Part shown: one piece after another, positions 9,965-15,757 of the stretch
How the letters are laid out: each line of letters opens with the position of its first letter
Numbering within the stretch: the stretch's first letter is position 1
Virus record (IMG/VR): IMGVR_UViG_3300010355_000409
Strand: one strand, 5' to 3'
Source of the DNA: a virus
DNA: 28,989 bases
Notes under the pieces: model-generated
What the model was told of the DNA's origin: nothing
What the model saw: the letters and a program-made list of their open reading frames with translations, nothing else
The model's database searches: none
Program-made: the position numbers and the translations under genes

Positions 9965-10165
9965 ATGCTCGACAAAATAAAGAAAAGCCGGGTGTTCCAG
10001 CTTCTCTATAAGTTTTGCTCGGTAAAGGGCCTGTTTGTTCTCGCTTCGACATACGGGCTTTTTACCGGGCGTATTTCCGAATATACCTTTACCCTTGCTT
10101 GGGCAGTGTTTATCGGATTAAGAGAGCTTTACAAACACCTCAAAGGAGAAAAGAATACCCCTTGA
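9965..10165 (+). CDS. Holin-like small membrane protein
   Basis: 66 aa with two hydrophobic segments (GLFVLASTYGLF, FTLAWAVFIGL) and a charged C-terminal tail. Located in the lysis block. Confidence 0.45.
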   Translation: MLDKIKKSRVFQLLYKFCSVKGLFVLASTYGLFTGRISEYTFTLAWAVFIGLRELYKHLKGEKNTP

Positions 10166-10614
10166 AATGCGTAAAATATATTTTTTTATTGGCCTTGTTC
10201 TTGGTGCCGCTTTGTGTTTCGGCACAGTCTACTTTGTCTCTATCAGAGCAAGCCAAAGAACAGTTGAGGATTATAGAACTAAACAACGCGAGCTTGAAGC
10301 TACAGTTGTCGAGCTTAGAGACTCAGTTGGCCGAAGAGAAGCTGATATTGGAAGACTTACAAGTCTCAACAACGATCTCCAAGGAGAAAATAGAAGAGCA
10401 ACAGAGGATTATCGACGACTTGCAGAAGCAAATAGAGTTAGACAAGGCTATATTGAAACAGCAAGAAAACTTGTTGACGGAACAGATGACGCGCTTCGAA
10501 AACTTGAGCTTATCATTGACGCTTTCGAGAAACTGGAACAAGGCATTAACCGTTAGTGTCTGTATACTTTTGCCGGTTGTAGTCATAGAAACCATTATTC
10601 TGATCAAAAAATAA
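10162..10614 (+). CDS. Alternative +1-frame ORF fully overlapping 10167..10556 (signal-peptide-like N-terminus, coiled coil, C-terminal TM). Uncertain, possibly a frame shadow.
   Basis: The frame is open for 150 codons from TTG 10162. Sequence features: KYIFLLALFLVPLCVSAQ, then L/E/Q/K heptads, then VCILLPVVVIETIILIKK. Leu is mostly TTG/TTA and Ile often ATA, which is atypical for this genome. Confidence 0.2.
   Translation: MKCVKYIFLLALFLVPLCVSAQSTLSLSEQAKEQLRIIELNNASLKLQLSSLETQLAEEKLILEDLQVSTTISKEKIEEQQRIIDDLQKQIELDKAILKQQENLLTEQMTRFENLSLSLTLSRNWNKALTVSVCILLPVVVIETIILIKK
10167..10556 (+). CDS. i-spanin-like protein (N-terminal TM anchor plus periplasmic coiled coil)
   Basis: MRKIYFFIGLVLGAALCFGTVYFVSI followed by a charged heptad-like helix. 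Codon choice (CTT/GTT/GCT) matches the well-supported genes. Confidence 0.6.
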   Translation: MRKIYFFIGLVLGAALCFGTVYFVSIRASQRTVEDYRTKQRELEATVVELRDSVGRREADIGRLTSLNNDLQGENRRATEDYRRLAEANRVRQGYIETARKLVDGTDDALRKLELIIDAFEKLEQGINR

Positions 10615-10627
10615 GCATAGTTTATTG
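10614..10627 (+). promoter_or_regulatory. AGCATAGTTTATTG motif, copy 1
   Basis: One of five intergenic copies of AGCATAkTT(T)ATTr. Ends 1-2 nt before the first stem of the structured RNA. Confidence 0.4.
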
Positions 10628-10628
10628 T

Positions 10629-10760
10629 GGATGCGGCTTTGCGAGGCAAAGTAATCCTGCCGAGAAGGAGGTTATCCTTCTGTAAGCACCGAAGGCTATC
10701 GCATCTGACATTTCTCCCTCCTTGTAATCTGGGCGGTTCGAAAGAACCGTCCTCTTTTTT
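10629..10760 (+). ncRNA. Candidate ~130-nt structured RNA ending in an intrinsic terminator
   Basis: No ORF. Closing stem GGATGCG (10629-35) / CGCATCT (10700-06). Hairpins CTTTGC-GAG-GCAAAG (10637-51) and AGAAGG-AGGTTAT-CCTTCT (10663-81). Single-stranded ACATTTCTCCCTCCTTG (10708-24), then the terminator. Confidence 0.4.
10731..10760 (+). terminator. Rho-independent terminator
   Basis: GGGCGGTTC-GAAA-GAACCGTCC (9 bp including one G.U, GNRA loop) followed by TCTTTTTT. Confidence 0.8.
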
Positions 10761-10774
10761 AGCATAGTTATTAG
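10761..10774 (+). promoter_or_regulatory. AGCATAGTTATTAG motif, copy 2
   Basis: Ends 1 nt before ATG 10776, which has no SD. Confidence 0.4.
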
Positions 10775-10775
10775 T

Positions 10776-11015
10776 ATGACGGCAGAAGCGTATTACAGGG
10801 CCGATGGGCTATTCTTGGTGATAACAGATGAGCGTATATACGCATTTACTCAAGACAAACATCTGTCAAAACTGTCCCTCAAACTCCAATGGGCTCTTGA
10901 CAACAACCCTCAAGATGTCATAAAGCTCTTGTCCACCATGAAGGCCGTAAAAAAAGAATTTTTATTTTTCAAGATTATTTCACTTTTGTCAAAAAGATTG
11001 CAAGATATATTGTAA
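10776..11015 (+). CDS. Hypothetical 79-aa protein (possibly leaderless)
   Basis: Open frame with no SD. The motif copy lies immediately upstream. Confidence 0.4.
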   Translation: MTAEAYYRADGLFLVITDERIYAFTQDKHLSKLSLKLQWALDNNPQDVIKLLSTMKAVKKEFLFFKIISLLSKRLQDIL

Positions 11016-11125
11016 ACACATTTGCAACACATTACCAAGCTCTGAAAGCGACGGGAAAACAAGGGGAGATTTGCTACATTTAGGCCGAGCATTGAGGCAT
11101 CGGGACTGTACATTAAAACATTTTA

Positions 11126-11170
11126 GGATTGTCCGACTGCGGCGGAAAGACAATCCAAAAGCAGTCGGAC
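11126..11170 (+). promoter_or_regulatory. Two overlapping dyad symmetries upstream of the replication gene
   Basis: GGATTGTC (11126-33) / GACAATCC (11149-56), and GTCCGACTGC (11131-40) / GCAGTCGGAC (11161-70). They share 11131-33, so they are mutually exclusive as RNA stems. Confidence 0.4.
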
Positions 11171-11187
11171 ATTTATATTGTGCTACC

Positions 11188-11237
11188 AAACCATGGGTAT
11201 GAGAGAACCGCCACTCTCTTATATCTATGGTTTTTTT
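11188..11237 (+). terminator. Terminator/attenuator-like hairpin plus T-run just upstream of the replication gene RBS
   Basis: AAACCAT..GAGAG-aaccgcca-CTCTC..ATGGTTT followed by TTTTTTT. The stem is imperfect. Confidence 0.45.
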
Positions 11238-11255
11238 ATTACAAGGAGTATTGAA

Positions 11256-12410
11256 ATGAAATGCAATCTGAAAGAAGCAATGGTAGTCCCAAACAGCTTT
11301 TATAGGGACACAAAGGATTGGGGTTTGGCAGAATTTAAAATTTATATTTATCTTGCCTCAATGTGCTTTGGAGACAAAATGGTTTGCTGGCCGTCACAAG
11401 AGCGTATTGCTGAAGATACTGGAATAGCCCTACCAACAGTAAAATCCAATATAAAACACCTTAAAGATCGAGGCGCGATAAAGATTGTCAGAGCTTCAGA
11501 ATATGATGAAAATGCTGATCTTCGACAGAGGGCCTATATTCTTACCGACTGGACTAACCTAAAAAATCTTGATGCCGTTAAAAAACAGTCTCACAAGAAA
11601 AAAGTAGGTATCCCAAACAATAGGTATCCCCAAGACACCAATGTAGGTATCCCAAATATACCTAACAAGGTATCCCAAACATCTAATAAGAAAGACAATA
11701 TAAGAATTACAATTAAAGAATTAAAGAAAGAAGGCGCGGGTGAGTTTGATGAAACAGATGAAAATGAACACCAAGAAGCAACTGAAGCTCAAGGAAAACA
11801 AGGGGAGGGCGTCCAAACATATGAAGCAAATGTATCAGAAAGAATATCTGCCATAAAGAACATTTCAGCCGTATTTTTTAGAGAAGGATTCATCGCTTCA
11901 GAAAGCCAAAAGGCTAAGGTTCTCAATGACGAAAACATCTCAGATGCCCAGCTTGCCCTTGCCTCGAAAAATATCCTGAAGTGGGCCAGCTATGTCAAAT
12001 ACTTGAACACTACACTCAAGTCGCCAGTTGATGGTTCCATGACTATTTTCCATAACAATGTCACCAAGTTTTTAAGGTGGCTCGAACCGGAAGAGAAGGT
12101 TCTGTCCTACGAAGAGCAAGAAAAAATAAATATAAATTTGAAGCAGTCCGTCAAGCGGCTTTGCGATGAGAATGGAATCTGGGATCAGGATGAATGCTGG
12201 AAGTGGGTGAACGACAACAACAACGTGCCGTGGATTGAGAACAAGATGGATCACGTCCAGAACCTTTGGGTATCCCGCTTCGATCTCATCATAAAGGACG
12301 GCAAGCTCGCCTTCGGTCACGACATTCTGACTAAGGACCAGATAAAATCTCTTTCCAAAGATAACATTCAGGCCACCGTGCGTAAGATAAATGGCGAGGT
12401 GCGAAAATGA
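11256..12410 (+). CDS. Replication initiator-like protein (N-terminal winged-helix HTH) with ori iterons inside its gene
   Basis: AAGGAG lies 7 nt upstream of ATG 11256. WPSQERIAEDTGIALPTVKSNIKHLKDRGAIKIVR is a typical HTH. Internal iterons plus an AT-rich tract, as in the lambda O gene. Confidence 0.75.
   Translation: MKCNLKEAMVVPNSFYRDTKDWGLAEFKIYIYLASMCFGDKMVCWPSQERIAEDTGIALPTVKSNIKHLKDRGAIKIVRASEYDENADLRQRAYILTDWTNLKNLDAVKKQSHKKKVGIPNNRYPQDTNVGIPNIPNKVSQTSNKKDNIRITIKELKKEGAGEFDETDENEHQEATEAQGKQGEGVQTYEANVSERISAIKNISAVFFREGFIASESQKAKVLNDENISDAQLALASKNILKWASYVKYLNTTLKSPVDGSMTIFHNNVTKFLRWLEPEEKVLSYEEQEKININLKQSVKRLCDENGIWDQDECWKWVNDNNNVPWIENKMDHVQNLWVSRFDLIIKDGKLAFGHDILTKDQIKSLSKDNIQATVRKINGEVRK
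11605..11678 (+). repeat. Four direct iterons AGGTATCCC(C)AA(A), candidate origin of replication
   Basis: Copies at 11605, 11621, 11644 and 11667. Copy 3 is followed by the inverted half-site ATACCT. An AT-rich stretch follows at 11679-11740. Confidence 0.7.
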
Positions 12411-12829
12411 ATTCGGAATGGATCAAGGCGGTTCAGAGCCAAGACATGATCGAGATCAAGAAGGAAATCCAAGACCAGTTCATGAAGGAGGGCATGATCA
12501 TGTCCGCCAAGTGGTGCCAGCTTGACAAGACCTACAAGTATCTGTATCTGTGGAACAGGTACGCAAGCGCGGGTGCCCTGCTTTATTTTTCGCAGGATTT
12601 GGAGTTTGTGCTTGCCGACACGAAAGCTTGCTTTGAGAGGAGGTATCCAGTCAGGGACAATCTTTGCGTACAGGAAAATTTATTTTTGTGTTCTTGGACC
12701 AAGGCCAACTACTTCCAGTGGTGTTTGATCATCCACGAGGACAGGCCGGAATGGTTCACCGACAGCCTTTTTTCGGAATGGGCCGACAAGTATAGGCTCT
12801 ATAAACTTGAAAAAGTATTCGAGAACTGA
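12407..12829 (+). CDS. Hypothetical protein
   Basis: ATGA overlap with the upstream gene. 140 aa. Confidence 0.7.
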   Translation: MNSEWIKAVQSQDMIEIKKEIQDQFMKEGMIMSAKWCQLDKTYKYLYLWNRYASAGALLYFSQDLEFVLADTKACFERRYPVRDNLCVQENLFLCSWTKANYFQWCLIIHEDRPEWFTDSLFSEWADKYRLYKLEKVFEN

Positions 12830-12853
12830 TATACTATTACAAGGAGAAACACT

Positions 12854-13102
12854 ATGTGGTTTAAGACACAAAAGCAGATTGACAAGGAGATTCAGGAAAT
12901 CCTTGCCGGTAACAATGGCGATACCTATACGAATGTGGACTTGATCGCCGGTCAAGATAAGGACAGATTCCTGACTGACATGAAGGGTATTTATGAGCCG
13001 GTTCTTTTTATGGAGAACACGGCCTTGGTCCGGCTACCAAAGGACTTCAAATGCGAAGGTTATAACATCAGGATAACCCATGTAGACAAATTCAGCAAAT
13101 AA
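12854..13102 (+). CDS. Hypothetical protein
   Basis: AAGGAGA lies 7 nt upstream of the ATG. 82 aa. Confidence 0.65.
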   Translation: MWFKTQKQIDKEIQEILAGNNGDTYTNVDLIAGQDKDRFLTDMKGIYEPVLFMENTALVRLPKDFKCEGYNIRITHVDKFSK

Positions 13103-13104
13103 AT

Positions 13105-13133
13105 TTGACTTTTGGCCAGAGTTGTGGTAAGAT
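13105..13133 (+). promoter_or_regulatory. Sigma-70-type promoter (TTGACT-17 nt-TAAGAT with TGn extended -10)
   Basis: TTGACT 13105-10, 17-nt spacer, TG at 13125-26, TAAGAT 13128-33. Lies ~27 nt upstream of the ATG at 13160. Confidence 0.55.
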
Positions 13134-13159
13134 AATGATACATGATACCGGAGGAAACC

Positions 13160-13588
13160 ATGAAAAAGATGATACTTGTTTTTGCCTTTATCTCTCTTGC
13201 AACTCTGGCCTTTGCCCAGAATACATTCTACATCGAGGGCGGATTTATTCCTCGGTCCACTGAGGTTGACTGGGAGGAAAATAAGCTCAATCTTGACACT
13301 AATGTCCTCTATATCACACTCGACACGAGGATTTTTGCCTTTGACTACTTGCTTTTCGGTGGCGATGTAACTACTTGGATGGTTCCACATGATCCTCTAA
13401 CCACCACATTTTATCCGTTCTACATGTCCTATGTCTTTGAGGCTGGGTTGAAGATTGACAACTTTGAGCTTGGCTATACTCACCGCTGTTCGCATCCTTT
13501 GGCCACGCTTGGATACATCTCTGATCCGCTGTATAAGCTTGACTCTTCCAGTGACAAGATTTGGGCCAAACTTTCTTTTGAGTTTTGA
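13160..13588 (+). CDS. Small outer-membrane beta-barrel-like protein (Lom/OmpX-like architecture)
   Basis: GGAGG lies 5 nt upstream. Signal peptide MKKMILVFAFISLATLAFA|QN. Alternating hydrophobic strands. C-terminal ...KLSFEF with a terminal Phe, typical of OMPs. Confidence 0.7.
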   Translation: MKKMILVFAFISLATLAFAQNTFYIEGGFIPRSTEVDWEENKLNLDTNVLYITLDTRIFAFDYLLFGGDVTTWMVPHDPLTTTFYPFYMSYVFEAGLKIDNFELGYTHRCSHPLATLGYISDPLYKLDSSSDKIWAKLSFEF

Positions 13589-13590
13589 CT

Positions 13591-14019
13591 ATGGAGGGTA
13601 GAAGGGTGAAGCACATTCTGGTGGTGGTGTTGATCATTGTTGCGATATTGCTCGCCCTTCTGCTCTCCTCTTGTTCCACGCTTCCAACCGTAACCGACTA
13701 TTCGTCCTTTCAATCTCTTGCTGATATCAACGACTTTATCCACTACAACATCAAGTATAAGGGTGAATACAAGGACTTGGATACAGTCCAAAGCCCTGAA
13801 ACCACATTGGCCACAAGACAAGGAGTGTGCTTGGATGACTGTGTGCTATTCGTCTACTTGGCAAAACTCTCTGGCTGGACTGTCAAAGTCCTTCCAGTTC
13901 AAACAACTACTGGTTATCATACCATCGTCGATGCGGGATCGAGCGGGTACTATGATCCTGTCGCGGGAACCTTTCTTGGCTATAGCCTCCCTAAAGGCTG
14001 GTCGGTGACAACTTTTTAG
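13591..14019 (+). CDS. Lipoprotein with a transglutaminase/C39-like cysteine peptidase core
   Basis: Lipobox LLLSSC after a hydrophobic segment. GTG 13606 with GGAGG 8 nt upstream is an alternative start. QGVCLDDCVLF...GYHTIVD...YYDP supplies Cys/His/Asp. Confidence 0.7.
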   Translation: MEGRRVKHILVVVLIIVAILLALLLSSCSTLPTVTDYSSFQSLADINDFIHYNIKYKGEYKDLDTVQSPETTLATRQGVCLDDCVLFVYLAKLSGWTVKVLPVQTTTGYHTIVDAGSSGYYDPVAGTFLGYSLPKGWSVTTF

Positions 14020-14037
14020 GGATTTTATCAGAAAAAA

Positions 14038-14051
14038 AGCATATTTATATG
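14038..14051 (+). promoter_or_regulatory. AGCATATTTATATG motif, copy 3
   Basis: Intergenic. About 45 nt upstream of the terminator stem at 14096. Confidence 0.35.
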
Positions 14052-14095
14052 TATAGGGAATAATCTTTCTTTTTGTTGGTGTGTTTTCTCCGGTT

Positions 14096-14131
14096 AGGGG
14101 CAAGTCAGAAATGGCTTGCCTCTTTTTTTTT
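14096..14131 (+). terminator. Rho-independent terminator
   Basis: AGGGGCAAG-tcagaaatgg-CTTGCCTCT followed by a run of 9 T. Confidence 0.85.
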
Positions 14132-14187
14132 ATTTTTTTTCTTCACTATTTGCATTTTCCCCACAAGATATATATGGAGGAAACAAA

Positions 14188-14415
14188 ATGAGTACACTTG
14201 AACAGTATGCCTTGAGCCTTTATCCGAATGGCCTGATCGACGGGCTAACCTATGAAGACGGTTTTGGCTTTGTGGTCTGGATCACAACACCGGATCACTC
14301 GACTCACGCAGTATCAACCAAGATGATGTTGGTCGATGCCGAGTCAAACAGGCACTCGAAGGCCATGTCCAGCATCCGATCACAGATCGCATCTGCCATG
14401 GAGGCCCTGAAATGA
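14188..14415 (+). CDS. Hypothetical 75-aa protein
   Basis: GGAGG lies 7 nt upstream of ATG 14188. The track start at 14116 lies inside the terminator T-run. Confidence 0.7.
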   Translation: MSTLEQYALSLYPNGLIDGLTYEDGFGFVVWITTPDHSTHAVSTKMMLVDAESNRHSKAMSSIRSQIASAMEALK

Positions 14416-14912
14416 GAAGCTGGACAGAGAAGACAAAGGAACAGTCCGCCATTGAGGCAACTGGCTTTCGGGCCAGAGTAAAGCCGATACTTGATAGGAT
14501 CACTGACGAATATACAATGTTTGAGCCAGACACTCACGAGCAAAAGAATCTCAAGGTTGATGGATTCGCCAAGGTCGGAAAGGTTGAGTTTTTCTTTGAG
14601 AACAAGATTGTCAATGGAAACTACGATAAGATTTTTGCCGAATATCTCGCCGAGCCGGATAACTATCCTCCTCGCGCCGGTTGGATGGAGATTGACTCTC
14701 GGGTCAACAAGCCAACCGTCCTGATCTACGCCATGATCAACAAGGTCTATCTCTATAATCTTGACAAGATCAAGGCTTGGTACAAGACGGCAGACAAGTC
14801 AAAGTGGCGAGAGTCGAAGATCAGGGATTACAGGTTCAACCAAAACATGTGGGGTTATCTTATCCCAGTATCAGAGCTTCAGCCATTCCTTATTTCCGAA
14901 TACTCGGTTTGA
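14412..14912 (+). CDS. Hypothetical protein (weak PD-(D/E)xK-like D...ExK pattern)
   Basis: ATGA overlap with the upstream gene. VDGFAKVGKVEFFFENK is only suggestive. Confidence 0.7.
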   Translation: MRSWTEKTKEQSAIEATGFRARVKPILDRITDEYTMFEPDTHEQKNLKVDGFAKVGKVEFFFENKIVNGNYDKIFAEYLAEPDNYPPRAGWMEIDSRVNKPTVLIYAMINKVYLYNLDKIKAWYKTADKSKWRESKIRDYRFNQNMWGYLIPVSELQPFLISEYSV

Positions 14913-14924
14913 GCATATTTATTG
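14912..14924 (+). promoter_or_regulatory. AGCATATTTATTG motif, copy 4
   Basis: Identical 13-mer to 22574-22586. Followed directly by TAAGGAGAATAAAAATG of gene 14939. Confidence 0.4.
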
Positions 14925-14938
14925 TAAGGAGAATAAAA

Positions 14939-15121
14939 ATGACAAAAATAACATCTAATAACACCGAGATAATCTATCGCCTTGTAAAAAAGAATCCGGG
15001 CCTCGTACTGTCTTCTTCCGATCACATGGTCTTGTTTGCCGATGGGGTTGACTGTACTGAAGTGGAAAAGACTTTTGGAAAAGAGATTATTATTACAAGG
15101 GATTTTGTGTGGAGCAAATAA
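14939..15121 (+). CDS. Hypothetical 60-aa protein
   Basis: TAAGGAGAATAAAAATG context. The track start at 14777 overlaps the previous gene. Confidence 0.65.
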   Translation: MTKITSNNTEIIYRLVKKNPGLVLSSSDHMVLFADGVDCTEVEKTFGKEIIITRDFVWSK

Positions 15122-15330
15122 ATGGATTTGATCCGACTTTGCCGCTGTTGATGGGGCCGTGTTTTGGAGGAAAAAAGCATTTGTGGATCGAGATGTTTCA
15201 AAATGAATACCTCTTGGTCTGCAAGTGCGAATACTGTCTACAGGATGCGGTAGTTTACCATAATCTTGAGGATGTAGCCGAAAAACTATTTGGATATAAA
15301 TATGGCAAAGATTACCACAGAGAAGATTGA
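15109..15330 (+). CDS. Hypothetical small Cys-containing protein (start uncertain: GTG 15109 or ATG 15151)
   Basis: Open frame that fills the gap. No clear RBS. Confidence 0.35.
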   Translation: MEQINGFDPTLPLLMGPCFGGKKHLWIEMFQNEYLLVCKCEYCLQDAVVYHNLEDVAEKLFGYKYGKDYHRED

Positions 15331-15757
15331 CAAAAACAAGATGCAGTTGGCCATTGAGTCTGGAAATGAAAAAGAAATTTATTTTTATTTTCGCAAGATC
15401 GCCAACTCGGTCAGGTGGAAGCATGTGGAAATGGAAGACTGGCGGTCCATCGCCATTGCCAGAGCCTTCAGGTATCTGCCGTCCTATACTATAGATCGCG
15501 GGCTTGCCTTCTCCTACTTCTGGCGGATCATCACCATGGAACTCAACTATCAGTATCGAGACTATAAGAAAAAGAGAGACAGGCAACCAACCGGCCAGCT
15601 TACCGATGACATCAGGGCAAACAGCGACGAAGAAAGCTTTATTCTCATTGAAGATAAATACTATGAAAGCAAGCTTGTATTTGAAGCAATGGCAAAAGTA
15701 AAGCGAAAACAACATCAAAGGGAAAGGATCATATCTATCCTGAAAGGAGAAGCATGA
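15302..15757 (+). CDS. Sigma-70 region-2-like protein (minimal phage sigma factor candidate)
   Basis: EDWRSIAIARAFRYLPSYTIDRGLAFSYFWRIITMELNYQYRDYKKKRD fits the region 2.1-2.4 pattern of ECF-type sigma factors (D..Q.A...A...L..F....F..W...I..N...D..R...R). Only ~150 aa. Region 4 is weak or absent. Confidence 0.6.
   Translation: MAKITTEKIDKNKMQLAIESGNEKEIYFYFRKIANSVRWKHVEMEDWRSIAIARAFRYLPSYTIDRGLAFSYFWRIITMELNYQYRDYKKKRDRQPTGQLTDDIRANSDEESFILIEDKYYESKLVFEAMAKVKRKQHQRERIISILKGEA

Noticed and set aside
10629-10706. tRNA-sized fold with a 7-bp closing stem and a 7-nt loop hairpin
   Set aside because: The first internal arm has a 3-nt loop, which is not a D-arm. The 7-nt loop (AGGUUAU) lacks U33. 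There is no GTTCRANYC T-arm. It is not a tRNA, so it is kept as a generic structured-RNA candidate.
10614-10774. The two AGCATAGTT copies flanking the structured RNA, read as att-like or target-site duplications of an inserted element
   Set aside because: Three further copies exist at unrelated intergenic sites (14038, 14912, 22574), each positioned just upstream of a start site. There is no integrase or transposase. A promoter or regulatory motif fits better.
11054-11068. Exact 15-mer GGAAAACAAGGGGAG repeated at 11793-11807, flanking the iteron region
   Set aside because: It is purine-rich and low complexity. A single 15-mer coincidence in ~29 kb is not far from chance expectation by rough estimate, and there is no supporting symmetry or further copies.
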